From the human T2T-CHM13v2.0 reference genome, Homo sapiens: DNA of 64,000 bases. Shown here one piece after another: positions 13,735 through 29,729 of the stretch. Numbering within the stretch: position 1 is the stretch's first letter; every line of letters starts with the position of its first letter. The position numbers and the translations under genes were made by a program. The stretch lies in assembly GCF_009914755.1 (NCBI RefSeq), contig NC_060930.1; one strand, given 5' to 3'. The notes under the pieces are model-generated. The model was not told where the DNA came from. It made no database searches and saw nothing but the letters and a program-made list of their open reading frames with translations.

Positions 13735-15543
13735 TTACAACATAAAATGGGAGAGTGGGGTTTTGTGGAAGGACTGGAGTTTTGTAAGGGATAACTGAAA
13801 TGAAACACTTTTTTCCCTCTCTAGTAGAAGGGTAGTATTCATTTTAGAACAGCTCCATTACTTATTTTGGTGTGCACAGGAGTTTGTAGATGGAGACCTA
13901 CAGTGGTATGGTAACTATTTTTTTAAGCAGGCAGATAAGTCAAACTTTTGGTTTATCTTTTGTTTATCATGGTGAAAGCTAAGTCTCCAAATGGTTGTTT
14001 TTGTTTCCACAGCAAAGACCTGTGAACCTCTGAACTGAGTGGGAATTAGTGGTATGAAAGAAGAAAAGACAGGCCCTTCCTACTCCTTTCAGGGTTTATG
14101 TAGTTATTTATTTACCGACATGTGTGCAGAAAGCCAAATCGGTACTTTTTGTGAAATGGAATATAGTTTAGATTCAAAGGATTTTATCAAGCTTAAAGCT
14201 AACCCTGTTTTTGCTTTGGCCTGTGTTCTGCTGTAATAATCTCCTTCCTTGTGCACAGGATAACAGTGGGGGGGATCCTTAAACTGGCAGGGGTATTATT
14301 TAGCCACCCAGGCCTTCTTCAATCACACTGAGAGTCCTGGTTCTTGGCTATGAGAATGTCTCCTCATGAGGCTCAAGGACTATGTGCATAGGATTGAAAA
14401 CTTCTAGAAAAGGCAAAACAAATTCTCCAGGCTTTGTGATTGGCATTGTCTGGAGTCCTCACCCTGAACGGTCATTAAGAAACCCAAATTATACCCTTTA
14501 TGCTGAAAGGAAGCTTTTCTCTTCAGCTAGCCAAAATTTAGTCGTCTGCTTATGCCAACTCCCGATTTCCTGTTACTATAAATCCTTGACAGTTTAGAAT
14601 GAAGAATGGTGGTGTGTAGGGCAGAGAATCCTTGTTCAAATGAATAGCAGAGCAATGGCAGTATACCCCTTGGGTCATATATAATAAAACTACAGGATAG
14701 GTTTCTTGCCCTTGAAATCTCATTGTAATAGTGCTGTGAGCCACCAAGAGTTTCCGCCATTCTAGTTTTCAGGTTGTGTTCAGGAACCATTAATACTTTC
14801 GCAATAACACAAGTTCTTGTTCATCCAGGGATGTTTATTTCAGCGTTAAATTGTAAGTAAACAAGCATGCTACAATTTATGAAAGCTGAGTATGTGACCT
14901 CTGTTCAGTGTCAGGATGAAATCAAACGCTCATAATCTGACACCTTGAATGATTTGCGTGATCATTGTTGTACTGCATGATTATTAGGTAAACAGTTTAT
15001 GTAAGTAACTATAATTAGTTATAATTTTTACATGGCCAAATCAAATGTTCACAGTTTCTTGTTTATTTATTTGTTGGTTCTCCAGCATCTGTAATTAGCA
15101 TCACTGTCAGCATTTTTCATTGATACCTGTGTAGACTGTGTCCTCATCACTTGCTGGTTACCTTATGTTAAAAAACCAAGTCTAGGTTTTCTCCCTAGCA
15201 GTCCTTTAGAAGGGACGGGTGGTCCTCGGCTCTATTCTCTCTCACTATCCAACCTCAACCTCAGTAGGGTCTTCAGGGAGTAGGAGCTCCAGACCCTGGG
15301 ACCGTGTGGCCTGCCCAGAGGTTCAACAGCACACTGTTGGGATGAGAGAGAGGCCCCTTCACCTCTGAGAAGGAATGAACAACAGATTTTATTTTAGAGT
15401 ACTGTATAGATTGAAATAACTGAACAATTCTCACCTAACAGATAGTAAGGATTTCAATAGACATTTATTTGCAGAATTAGTTTTCTACCACAAAGTCGAT
15501 TGGGGTTAGAAAAAGGGGTGCACTAGTAGGGATTCTTTGATAC

Positions 15544-15754
15544 TGTGGTTAGATGGTCATTGAAAAGAAAATGATACATTTTGGATGGATTGAAAAGCGA
15601 AATTGATTTTGGATGACATTTTTGACTGGCTTTTGTGTATTTGTGTGGCATGCAGCAGTGAATGGCTGTGTTTGGTGGTTAGATGCAGAACATTTCTTGT
15701 GGTTCTGCTGGCTGTGTGTGTATTGCCTGTTTTGATTGTGGTTAACCTGACTCA
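15544..15754. promoter_or_regulatory. Candidate enhancer: 3 RUNX sites plus 1 AP-1 site
   Basis: TGTGGTT at 15544, 15698, 15737; TGACTCA at 15748; inside a ~2 kb repeat-poor block. Confidence 0.4.
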
Positions 15755-16140
15755 CCATTTGGTTCCTTAAGGTTGAGTTTCCTTTCCTGTCCTTTATGAA
15801 CATCGTCACCTTGTTCAAAAGGGAACTTTATCCTTTCTTTTCAAACGTTTACTGAGTTTCTGTTCTGTGTTAGGCCCTGTGTTAGGAGCCAGGTACAGAA
15901 AGATGATCAAATATCTTGACTTTAAATAATACCTTTCACATTTACCTCTTTAATCTCAGGTAGCCCTAACAACCCTGTAAAATTGAAAAAGGTTGTTCAT
16001 GTACCCCCCAATATAAATAACTAGTCACAGAGAAATGAACAGACTTCAGGTTACACATTGTAATAGTGACTGAGCTGAAGCCTTAGTGTTTTGACCCCAC
16101 CCCTACCCATTCACTAGTTAGGAGAGTCTAAATAAAGTAG

Positions 16141-17012
<872 letters not shown>

Positions 17013-17035
<23 letters not shown>

Positions 17036-17154
17036 AATAGTTTTTGAATCTAAAATTGATCAATCAGGAAGCATGACATCTACGGTGTGAGCCACCTTAC
17101 CCAGCCAATAGTTTTTGAATCTAAAATTGATCAATCAGGAAGCATGACATCTAC
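17013..17154 (+). repeat. 71-bp tandem duplication
   Basis: 17013-17083 vs 17084-17154, 3 mismatches. Confidence 0.95.
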
Positions 17155-18039
17155 CCAAAGAAATTTATGTAGACATTTAAAAAATTCATACAAATGATTC
17201 TTACACTGGGCTATTTTATTTTTAAAAAATCATTAAAAACATTAGAATTTAAACAATATTAGTTAAGGACTCATTGTTTGCCCAATAAAAATAATCGTCA
17301 CTTCGTAAATCACCCTAATGAACGATTTAGTCATCATAATTTGATTTAGTGTTTTCAGGACGACATTGTTCAGTGTATTTTTTTATTGGTTTGGAAGGTA
17401 GTGAGTAAGATATTTCTAAGGGCAAAAAGGAAACAGTTTTGAAAATTCTTAGCTAATACTGAGTTGGCCAGGATGGGTGAAACAGAGTTAAAGGAATGTG
17501 TTAGCCCCTTTTCTTGTGCACCTAGAAATCCTCCAGGGCCCAGTAACCATTTTAGGTTTATTTTATTAAAAAACAGGCCTTTGGGCTTCCTGTGTTATTG
17601 ATTCTTCAGTTTCTGCAGAACTTAGAAGGAAAATTTACCCCAAGTAAAGTGAGAAGAGCATTAACATTGTACCATGGATGCCTAAAATGGTATTTATTAG
17701 ACACAGGCCTGTTCAAAGGCTCTGAGTGTGGGAGCAGGGGCAGCAGTAAAGTTGTCTCTTCCTGGTGGTCTTATAAGAGCTTCTGGGAGCAGCAGTCAGA
17801 GGGCAGAGCTGACCTGCTGTGCTTAAGAGAACGTGGACTTTGAGGCCTTGCCAAACTGAGGTGATTGTTCCACCTTGGGCAAATTATTTAATGTATCTGA
17901 TTTCTTTCAGCTATAAAATGGGGTTATATTTTATTCTAAAATGGAATTTTGCCTATCGTATATATAGAAGACCATTCTGTTTGAAGTAGGAAGTATTAGC
18001 TAGCTCATCACTTATATTCATTTCCAGGGTCATTTGAAG

Positions 18040-18170
18040 TCTATCTACCTGACGAGAATATAAATCCCATCAGGGCTAAGGCCATGTCTGTTTGTTTTTC
18101 TCACTATGTCTCCTTGCCCCTAGGTCAGTGCCATGGGCTTGGTAGGTACTCAGATATCTGGCAAGTGAAG
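18040..18170 (+). mobile_element. L2 3' end fragment
   Basis: 'cccatcagggctaaggccatgtctgtttg...cagtgcc...taggtactcagatatctgg'. Confidence 0.6.
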
Positions 18171-18275
18171 GAGTCCCCGTAATTAGTACTGCAGCTGTCG
18201 GGAAAAAGTGTAGACTTGCCGCCTATAAGCACAGGTCTGTATTTGTCAACATCTTAGAGCTTTAGGCCTATGTAG

Positions 18276-18515
18276 GTTTTTTGTTGTTGTTTTGTTTTTT
18301 AAGAGACAGGGTCTTGCTCTGACACCTAGGCTAGTGAGCCTCCTGCCCCAACCTCCCGAGTAGCTAGGACTACAGGTGAGTACCACCGCACTCGACTAAT
18401 TTTTAAATTTTTTCTAGAGATGGGGTCTTACTGTGCTGCCCAGGCTGGTCTTAAACTCCTGGGCTTAAGCAATCCTCCTGCATCAGCCTCCCAAAGGGCA
18501 GGGATTACAGGCATG
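18276..18515 (-). mobile_element. AluJ with internal deletion
   Basis: Antisense Alu lacking part of the right arm. Confidence 0.85.
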
Positions 18516-18827
18516 CTGTATCTTTGTTTTTTTTTCTTTTGGTTAGCAAGTAACAGTTTGGGTTTTTATATTCCCAAGATGTCTAGAGGATTTCTTTCTT
18601 CTACTTCAGCTTGATTGATGAAAATGTCATAATGAAGTGAAAGAAAAGGCTTGCTGTACTTCCATTTTGAGGTGGACCATCATGTTTTTGAAGCCTTGTT
18701 CTCTGAGCCACTCTATTTTGTTTGGGGTTCACTCCTAGTTTAAGGCAGAGCTGGTACTCTTTGTTCCCATCTTCTCAGAGAAAGTATTTGGTTTCAGGTC
18801 AGAGCTGTTTTCCTTTTAGCCACCTAA

Positions 18828-19163
<336 letters not shown>

Positions 19164-21119
19164 CATGTCTGCATCTTACTTGTTAACACGCTGAGGAAAG
19201 TCTGGACATGGAGATTTATGGAGGATGAGACCAAGTCTCAACCACAGTATACTTTTCAACAAATATTGCTAATTGGAGTTAAAGTGTTCGTTAATGTGAA
19301 AATAAAATTACTTTGGATTGAGACTGCTGCTGGAGACTGCTGTAGAAGAAAAATTAGACAAAATGCTCTCTATAAAGCCTCTATTTTAAGAAGAATGATT
19401 CAGAGAGGAACATAGGTCCAAGAAATTTTCATCAACAAATGAAAACTGAACTGCCAGGTTTGCCAGATGTCTTATTTTAAGGAAATTTTTCCTCATTTGG
19501 TCTCTTGTAAAAGTCTTCCTTTTGCCTCTGAAATATACCCTGTCCCTATGTAACTTAAAAATAAAATTTTCAGAGTGTTCAAAGTTCCTTCTGTGTAGGA
19601 TTTGTAATTCTGTGTAATTCAGCTGGGAATTGTATTGCATAAAAATAAAGGCAAAAAATAACCACATTGTTGGATTACAGAGTTTTGGGAAATTTCCTTA
19701 ATTTATTTAGTATAGTCCATCGTGGTCTGTCACTCAGCATTTGTTGAGTGCCTGCTGTGAACAGACACCGCTACTTGTTCTTTAAGGCGGCAGCAATGTG
19801 CCTTAATGTGGTTGTCCTCATTAATGTTCTACCCTATGGTCGTCCTACCTTACATGGTATAATAGAGTAGAATGGCTGATATTTAAGGGAGGGCCTCTCC
19901 CCTTTATTTAGACACACAAGTCCTGGGCATCTCTCTTTTGGGGACAACATAAAACACCCCTGCCTAGTCCTTTATTTGGTCCACCACTAATCCTATCCCA
20001 GCATCCTGTGTAGGCCTCCATGGGGCCTACATACTCTGTCAGGGGAAGAGCCAGGAGAGAAGGAAGAAGGCTTTGAAGAGCCAGCCCCAGCAGCCTGCTG
20101 ACAGTTTTCCTTCTCTCCCCACTGTGGAAGGACTGACTACCAGTGGAGAGGTGGCAGCAGGCTTTTGGCTAAGTGGAGAGGCTCTCTCTTCCTGTGTAGT
20201 TTGTGGAGAGGCAGCGTTGACTCAAGGTACAGTTAGAAGTCAGCGATGCTTTCTTTTGGGACTTTCCATGTTGATGACCTCTTCTCTTTAAGTCAAACCA
20301 AGCTCCGCTGCCCCACAGTGTTCCAAATTACTTATCAAAATTCCTATGACCACTGTGTAGCTAGATTCAACTTGATGTTATAAAACCAGTTTTTGTAAGA
20401 TAATCTGTATTAAAGTGCAAGTGAAATGGCACTCTGTTAAACTAACCTGAAATCTGATGATGTGCTGTGGGAAAAGAGCTGTTTGAATAGAGGTTCTTTG
20501 CTTCCTTCCAGCTGGGTGGACAGGAAAGACATCCTGTCCCTACAGAACTGACTGCCACTGCTCCATATGTCCTCCATGCTCACTGGCCTCTTCTCCGGAC
20601 CTAAGACCCGAAGGCCTATGGCCCAGATGGGTCTCACCTCTCCAAGCATGGCTGCCCAGCTTAGGGAATTATAGATGTTTCTGTTCTGGCCAAGGAGGAG
20701 CTGAGAGTGGGGGCTGATAAGCAGCTTCCAGAACTCTGGGATTGTACAATCCCTGGAGAGAGGAGGAGACTGTCTCTTGTTACCAGCTGCCCTCCTTTCA
20801 CCTGGTAGTATACAGCCTCTTCCTAAAGAGCCTTACTCAACCCCCCTCACTTTTTCTGTCTCAGACTCACTCCAGAAATGTGTTTTCTGTTCCTTGTTCT
20901 GCCCTCTCTGCCGTGTTCTACCCTCTCTGCCGTGTTCCTAGGACCAGACCCTGCTAGTTCCTTCTAGAAACTGATTTTACCCATGATTGAAACCAAAGCC
21001 TTAAGATTCTGTGGGTGTGGAACACCTTCTGGTTGAAAACCAAAGGCTGTAGAATTCCATGCAGATGTGGATTGTTGATTCCATTTTGAAGGTAGGTGTG
21101 ATGTGGGAGAAGTCGTGTG

Positions 21120-21355
21120 TGTAGTGGTTCGGAGTATGGTTTCTGGAGCCAGTTGGCCTAGGTTCAAATGCCAGCTCTCCACTTAGTGGTAAGTTAAACT
21201 TCCTGTGCTACAGTTTTCTCACTTCCAAAATGGGGGTGGTAATAGTATCTACATACACAGTCACCATGAGGGTCAAAGGAAATAATACAAATGAAGATGT
21301 TCCAAACAGCACCTGGCACGTGGTATGTGCTTATTAAATGCTAGCTTTATAACTA
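21120..21355 (+). mobile_element. MIR SINE
   Basis: 'ctggagcc...ggttcaaatgccagctctccactta...cagttttctcacttccaaaatggg...cctggcacgtggta'. Confidence 0.85.
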
Positions 21356-21661
21356 TTCTGCGAGTGAAGCTACGGGGCTGATCAAATGGCTGCCACCAAG
21401 CTCATCCCCAGTGCATGTCTATGCATTCTATGTAGAAAATCACGATGAAGAAAAGAAGGCAGCAGAAGGTATCAGGATCGGTTCCATCAGAAGTTACGAC
21501 GTTGAGCATATTGTCTCAAGATCTCCTTAAGGATGGCTACTAAATCTGTTTCCTGAATTGTATTGTCTCATTAAAAGTATTGTTTCCTTCTGATCTGTTG
21601 AAGCAAAAAGCTGACAACACACATGAAATTTTTTTTTTAACGGAACACCATGTAACTATAG

Positions 21662-22057
<396 letters not shown>

Positions 22058-22454
22058 TAGTTGTGGTTGGTAAACCACAATGTTTGTAGTTCAAAAAGCT
22101 GGAAAACAGTTCCTTGTGAAGGTTCCCCCAGGAGATTGTTGTTTCTAACAGAAAATTAAATACTGACCTGGAGCACCTTTTCAGTCTCCTGGCTTGCCTT
22201 GAGTCCAAACTTACTGTGTCTTTGAGACTTTTGCAGTCTGGCTCACTTCTCTTCCCACACTGCTTTGCACTAGATGCTTCAATATTAATTTAACAAATAT
22301 TAAGTGCCTTCTCTGTACTGGGAACGATGCCATTTGCAATTCCCTTGAAGCTGGGCCCTACTCTGTCTTGCATCTAGACCTCTACACATGCCTCTTTGCC
22401 TACAGAATTTCCCATGCTTCAATCTTTAACAGCTTTTGGGCTCATTTTAGAAAA

Positions 22455-22890
22455 TGCAGTTGGTGGTGGTGAAGTGCCTAGACTCTGGAGGCTGTGTGGG
22501 TTCAAATCCCAGCTCTGCTACTTGCTAGCAGTATGACCTTGGGCAAGTTTCTTAACCTCTTTGGTTCATCTTTAAAATGGTGGTAATGATAGTAGCTGTC
22601 TAACTGTGTTGTTCTGAGAATTAAATGAGGTAATCCACAGTGCACTTAGTATATTCTTAGCACATAGTAGCTTCTTGGCAACTGTTAGTTAGCTATTATT
22701 ATCATTTTTATGTGTCACATCCTGCAGGAAGTCTTCCCAGTTCTGCTTGAGGGGGCCCTTCCAAAGTACTCCCAGAGGGCCTGTTCTAGAACTCCTGTCA
22801 TTGCCTTTATTATGCTATATTGTAATTTCCTGTTTGCTTATTTCTACCCACTTCTAGATGGCAAGCTCCTTGAAAGTAGGTAAGGTCTGT
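22455..22890 (+). mobile_element. MIR (22455-22710) followed by L2 fragment
   Basis: 'gggttcaaatcccagctctgctacttgctagcagtatgaccttgggcaagtttcttaacctct'; then 'ctagatggcaagctccttgaaagtagg'. Confidence 0.8.
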
Positions 22891-23069
22891 CAGCCACAGC
22901 CATATCCGCTTGAAGATGTTAGGGTAGGTTTTTTGTTGTTGTTAGTTTTTGTTTTTTAAGAGTTCCTAATTAAATTGCTATTGATTTATTGATGAGTGGG
23001 TCTGCTTGCCTGTTTTGTCATAAGTAAGGAGGTTTAAAATTGTGTTTCCCCATCTTCTCATTAGAGTAG

Positions 23070-23383
<314 letters not shown>

Positions 23384-24590
23384 AGACTCAGCCTTCATTA
23401 AGGCAGTTTTTAAAGATGCACCAAGGTGTTTGGAATGAAGAATGCTATTCATTAAGCCTACTTTGTGTGAGGCATTAAGTAGGCTTTTTAGATACATTCT
23501 TATTGAATTTGCCTCCTAACTCCTGTGAATTGGGTGCTAAGATACCCATTTAAGAATTATGTAAAGTTCCTAAGGAGTGCCTAGTGATATTTTAAAAAAA
23601 GAAAAGAAAAATAAAAGAATGATGTAAAGTGCTCAGAGTCATTCGGCTCTAACCTGGTTCTGTTTGGCTTCATGGCACATAATATTTTCACTCACCGCCT
23701 TGCTGAGCACTTGTTGGCTGACTGGTTCCCTGCCCAAAGCTGCTGTCCCAGGGCCTTACTACCTCTTCTCTAGGGAGCTGCACAATTAAACTTCAAAAAT
23801 GATCATTAAAGGGATTCATTCTTTCTGCTGGGGAGGTACTGAGTTGGCTATGGTTTTATATTGTGCAGTTGCAATACTTGAATAGCACAAAACAATGAGA
23901 CTATCATGCAGGCAGATAAGGATTATGGACAAACACAATAAGCATTGGAACTTTGAGGAGAAGAGAGCTGCATTTTTATAGCTTCATTTCTTCATTTGTC
24001 CAAAAGTTAAAAATAGAATTAATTATGCCCCATAGGCCACCTGGATTTCTGATTGATACAGAAAACTTACACAACATATCTAAAGGATAGCCTATGTCAA
24101 GACTTTCTTTATCAAAATATGCCTTTGGGTCAAATCATAGTCTCTTCTGAACACATTTTCGTTTGTTTTTTATTTTTATTAAGCCTCTTCCTTAGTGGAT
24201 GAACATGGTTTTTTAAGCAACAAAATACACGGGCTTAGAAAGTAGGGTTTATTGTCCCTGTAGAAAGCCTTTAGATTAGTAGGATAAGCTGATGAGCAAC
24301 TTAATGTCTACTTTCTATGCTAAGAATCACTAGAGTTCCAGCCTTTTTATAACATCGCTACATTTTAATTTTTTATTTGCATATTTAGAAAACAATAACT
24401 TGGAAATGACACAGTCTCAGATGATTAGCATCCATCTGCTGAGCTATTTCTAGTGCAATGGGCCTGGTGGACCTACATGGTACCAAAGGAATCTTCACCC
24501 TATCTGGTTTGTCGTTAGTCTCTCACCCAAGCTGAGGGGCACAAGGACTGCTGAGAGGAGCTTCCAAATGTAGCAGCTGATGAAGACTTT

Positions 24591-24985
24591 GGGTCTCACT
24601 TTGTCATCCAGGCTGGAGTGCAATGGCACAATCGTAACTTACTGCAGCCTCGAACTCCTGGGCTTAAGCGATCCTCCCACTCAGCCTTCTGAGTAGCTAG
24701 GACTGAGGTGCACACCGCCATGCCCAGCTAACTAAAAAATTTTTTTGTAGAGACAGGTCTCGCTATGTTGCCCAGGCTGGTCTTGAACTCCTGGCCTCAA
24801 GCAGTTTTCCTGCCTCAGCCTCTCAAGGTACTGGGACTACAGGTGTGAGCCACTGCTTCTAGCCAGGACATCTTAATTGACTTCCTTTTTTTTTTTTTTT
24901 TTGAGATAGAGTCTCCTTGTGTTGGGCTCGAACTCTTGGGCTCAGGGGATCCTCCCACCTCAGATTCCTGAGTGGCTGGGATGAC
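24591..24985 (-). mobile_element. AluJ (24591-24864) and a deleted Alu/FLAM (24886-24985)
   Basis: Two antisense Alu-derived segments. Confidence 0.85.
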
Positions 24986-25049
24986 ATATGTTTTTGACCA
25001 AGACTCTGAATATAAAAGTAAGAAGAACACAGTTGCAACTAAAGTTGCT

Positions 25050-25260
25050 TGTTCACTTATTATATTTTAAGCACTGTGTTGATGCTTTACATGTACCCCA
25101 TGTAAAGCCATATGCATTGGCACTGTTATCCCCATTTTACAGATGAGGAAACTAAGGTGAGAGAGGCTGCGTAATATGTCTGAGGTCATAGAGCTATTGA
25201 GTGGATGAGTCAGGATTCATTCTGGCACCAGAGGTCACATTCCAAGTACTACATTGTACT
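25050..25260 (-). mobile_element. MIR SINE
   Basis: 'ccccattttacagatgaggaaactaaggtgagagagg'. Confidence 0.85.
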
Positions 25261-25549
25261 GTCAGGGCTGGAGATTTTGTAAACCTACCAATTCAAGCTA
25301 TTGTTTTCACACGTTGTTTTGGCCACAGACATTGCCTTCCCACCTCAATGAGCACACCTGGCTTTGCATTTTAAGCAGTTTTGCAGAGGTCATATCTGTC
25401 TTTGCAGGATGAAGACTTTCCTCCACACAACATAAAAGCCCTTATAGCTCTGTGACTCATCCTGACAGACGATGAGATAGGTTCTGCTGTGAGGTTGACT
25501 GTGTCCCTGTGAGCAAACTTGTGCAGAGAAAGAGAGCATGGAGGATTGA

Positions 25550-25860
<311 letters not shown>

Positions 25861-26329
25861 TCCAGGCCATTTCTTTAGCCCAGGGGCAAAGGTAGGAGCC
25901 ATAGAAGGCACCACAGCAAAAGCCAGTAGGAGCTGAAGAAGACGTCTAGAAAGACTACGATGCGTGGTGAGAGGAAAGGTTGCCCAACCGTACTGAGGGC
26001 TTCAGAGATCAAGGAGAACCAAAACAGAATTCAGATTTTGTGATTGAATACATTGCTGGCCTTTGAGATTATGTTCCATTAAAGTGGGGAAAAGTGAGTG
26101 TTGCCTTGAGGGGCTTTGCAGCGAAGCCACGGGTGGGGAGTCTGCTATCAAGTATAGAATACTGACTTTAAAAGTTTGTGTTCCAAGGTCAGGAATAGTT
26201 GAAATAAGGTAGGTTGAGGGACCTTGAGGCCAATGAAGGCTTTTTCGTCTTTGGGAACCCGGTTCTGACCATGTCTAAAGTCAACGGAAGAACCTGATGG
26301 AAAGGGAGAAATCAAAGATTTCTGGAATA

Positions 26330-26535
26330 ATGTTAGTAGTTATCACATATTGAATGCTTACTGTGTGCCAGGTACAGGCAGAAGAGCATTTCCTGTTCTA
26401 TCTTATTCAGTCTGCACAGCAACCCTGGGAAGTAGGTAACCAGACCCCCTTTTACAGATGAGGAAACAGAGGCTTAGAGTTTAAACAACTTGCCAAGACT
26501 ACTATTAAATTGTATAGTTTTAAACTCAGGTCTAT
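26330..26535 (-). mobile_element. MIR SINE
   Basis: 'ttgaatgcttactgtgtgccagg...ttttacagatgaggaaacagaggcttagag'. Confidence 0.85.
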
Positions 26536-26958
26536 CAAGCTATATCATAGATATGATTGAGTGAGCAGGTTATGGGGGAGATAGAGCCTGAGAAGAGAGG
26601 TGCTTCCTTCCTGTGAGACCAGAGGAAATGACTCCTGAATTCAGATGGAGAGAGGAAGATGGACCAACTCTTTGACCCTTTTCTAAGTGCATGTATTGTG
26701 CCCAATATCTGGCTCATTGCTCAGGACCGCTCCCCATGGCCTCTCACTGCTGCATACTCAAAGAGCCAGCAAACTGTTTGCAGAATGTCTACACTTTTTT
26801 CTGATGGCCAAGTCGTCTTACAGAGGCAGGGGCTCCAGAAATCTAGAGGAGGTTGCAAAAAAATTAGCTGTATGGACAGTGGATACACTGGGAATGTTGG
26901 CTTGGCCCCATGGCCTCCCAGGATCTATTGCACTTGACATAGAATAGAGGGGGCTTTT

Positions 26959-26960
<2 letters not shown>

Positions 26961-27006
<46 letters not shown>
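26961..27006. repeat. (GT)23 microsatellite
   Basis: Perfect dinucleotide run, 46 bp. Confidence 0.98.
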
Positions 27007-27008
<2 letters not shown>

Positions 27009-27635
27009 TTTTCTTTTCCCCTGTATTTGTGGGTGTTAATATGAACCATCCAGCCAGGTCTGTGACGGCTGAGAAGTTGGTCAGGGTGTGGTTTTTAAAT
27101 ACATTTTCCTTTAGGTTTTCTTTCAACTATCTTCAGGTTTCTTGTTATGATGCATTTATAGGTTCCAGAGACCTGAATGTTATAGCCCTCAGTTGTCATT
27201 ATAGTCCTCATAAAAAAGTTGAAGATTTGTATACATTCTCTACTCCAAAAGCCTCTGCAGTGGTGAGCATAGCTAGCTGCCTTCCAAAAAGTTTCTACAA
27301 AGGCATTTTCCTGTTTTTCTCAGCCTTTAACCCTATCTAAAGGAGACATTCTTTGGGGTAACTGGTTTAGTTTAAGTTTCTCATTTCCCTGCAGCACTAC
27401 TGTTTCTGTAGGTGGTTTGGCAACCATTGGCACAGGGTCTTTTGAATTTCCAAATCAGTGACTCCTGCCATTTCAAGAAAATCTGTCTGAAATGACAAAG
27501 GACCTCCTTTGTCCTTTGAGGAAGAGACAAAATGACTGGAGAAACAAAGGCAGAGGAATCTGTTAGTGTATTTATTCATTGTTTACAAATTAGAACAAGC
27601 ATCGGAATATTCAAGATTCCTGATTTCAGGAGTCC

Positions 27636-27846
<211 letters not shown>

Positions 27847-28619
27847 TAATTATATAGATCTTTTGCCTCTTTATTGTTGAAGACTAATTTTTTAAAACAG
27901 GCAACTCAGCAGTTACTGTAATATTTATTTCTACTGGGCTTTTCAAGTGTTCTTATATTTCTTCCTTGAATTAATTTACAAGGAGACTTAATTCACCTTA
28001 CTGGTCTGTATTAGCCGTAGTTTCATATTAACATCTTGTTTTTTTAGGTTTGACTATCTTAGTAGGCTTTTTCTTTCTTTCCTGTCCTCTGTAAATGATT
28101 AATTAAAAGTCTTTTTGTTTTGGGCATTCTATAAATGCTCTTTTAGTACAGTTTTCTCCCTTAAGTGGGGTCATTCCTCTCCACAGTCTCTGCCCATAGA
28201 ATGGCTTTCCTCAAGTCCTATGTGGCAGATGACATCAAGGGTGAGGGGAAGGAGAGTCTGGTTGGGCCCTGGCTGTGAGCAGCAAATGAGCATGTCATTG
28301 GGCCTTGGGGCAAAGGCCTTCAATGCTCTGTACGTGAGAGGAGCATAAACTGTTGGACCCGGGGTAAGTGAGTAGCCGACTTAGAACCTTTCTAGAGAAA
28401 TAGCTGAGAAAGCCTGAAAGAGGCTTAAATGACAAGACATGGAGGAAGAGCCTCCTTGCCAGGAATTGGAGAATCTAGTTCAGGGAAACTTTGTCCATAG
28501 AACCCTGAGAATGGTGTATGGGGTATGAGGGAAAAATAGTTTTAGCCTGATACTGGGTGCGGAGAGGGATACTTTGTGGGATTCAGACCCAAAGGAGCTT
28601 TCTTTAGTTATTTTGGAGA

Positions 28620-28848
28620 AGTGATTCTCAGCCAGGGCAATTTTGGCACCTTCCCCATCCCCTTCTCACCCCAGGACATTGGCAATGTCCAGAGATGTTT
28701 TTGGTTGTCATACTTAGTGGGGTGCTACTGGCATCTAGTGAATAGAGACCAGGGATGCTATAAATTTCATACAGCATACAAAGGCAGCCTCCCATGACCA
28801 AGAATTATCTGACTAAAAATGTCAGTAGGCGGAGGTTGAGAAATTCTC
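28620..28848 (+). mobile_element. MER20 hAT-Charlie DNA transposon
   Basis: 'agtgattctcagccagggcaattttg...ggacattggcaatgtccagaga...gctactggcatctagtg...gaggttgagaaa'. Confidence 0.85.
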
Positions 28849-29729
28849 CTTTAGAGAGTCTTGAGGAATTTTCATCAGGAATGGAATTCAAGTTAGGAAG
28901 TAAAACTAGAGGAGGCTGTAAAAGGCTCAGGTCTTGTTATATGTGTTAACCTGTCCTAGGCCAATGTGAAGTAAAATTATAACTAGGACTGGATTTGTGT
29001 AGTTCCCTCTCTGGTATGGTTTGTATTTTCTGATGATGACAAATTATAGTAAAGAAGCTTTGACATTCCCAGCTATGGGTGTGCCACCGTGCAGAGGACA
29101 CAGGTGAAGGATGCTCACCTGTGAGAAGGGCAGGGCCTGCTGGGGTCTTGGACTTTCAGGGGCAAACCTCCATTCTCTGGGTGGCAGCAGCATGGGAAAT
29201 TTTCCTGTGGTAGCTGAGAAACTGTGAGGGCCACCTGAGGCTTCCCTGGACCATTCATGCCTGTGATGGGGTGTGTTTAAGGGAGAAAGAGAATCCTTCA
29301 GATTCTCTTCTTCATAGAGTTCCCAAAATGGAAACTTTTGTATTTGGTGACCCCTTCTGACTTGTCATGCAGCTAATTCGAATACCTTAAAACAAGAATT
29401 TCTCATTGTAGAATCCTTGACCCCTGGGCTGTGGACTTTGAGGTGCAAAGTATGCAGACAAAGACAGACAAAGTGTGGTCTGTCTCTGTGCTTGAGGTAG
29501 ATTTTTATATTGGAACACTTACATTAGGTAGATGTTATTTAAAAGGTGCAATGGCTCATTGCAGCCTTGTTAACACTGGTGCCCCTCACTCTTCCAGGAG
29601 GAGAAAAGCTCTTTTTTCATTTGCTGCTGAGCACCAGAGCCAGTCCCTGATTGGGGGCTTGAGCTTGCTTCCTGTCATCAGTTACAGAATATTAGATAGT
29701 GTGCAACTTTGGGGCTTGGCTGTGGGGAA

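Noticed and set aside
14013-14100. Acceptor tttgtttccacag (and similar possible exon 42957-43078)
   Set aside because: Only weak paired donors; such signals are expected by chance in T-rich introns
20895-20938. 19-bp tandem repeat (also a 12-bp one at 49981)
   Set aside because: Ordinary slippage duplications
21370-21530. Short protein-like frame (VENHDEEKKAAEG...) with several CpGs
   Set aside because: No convincing acceptor or start and no recognisable homology
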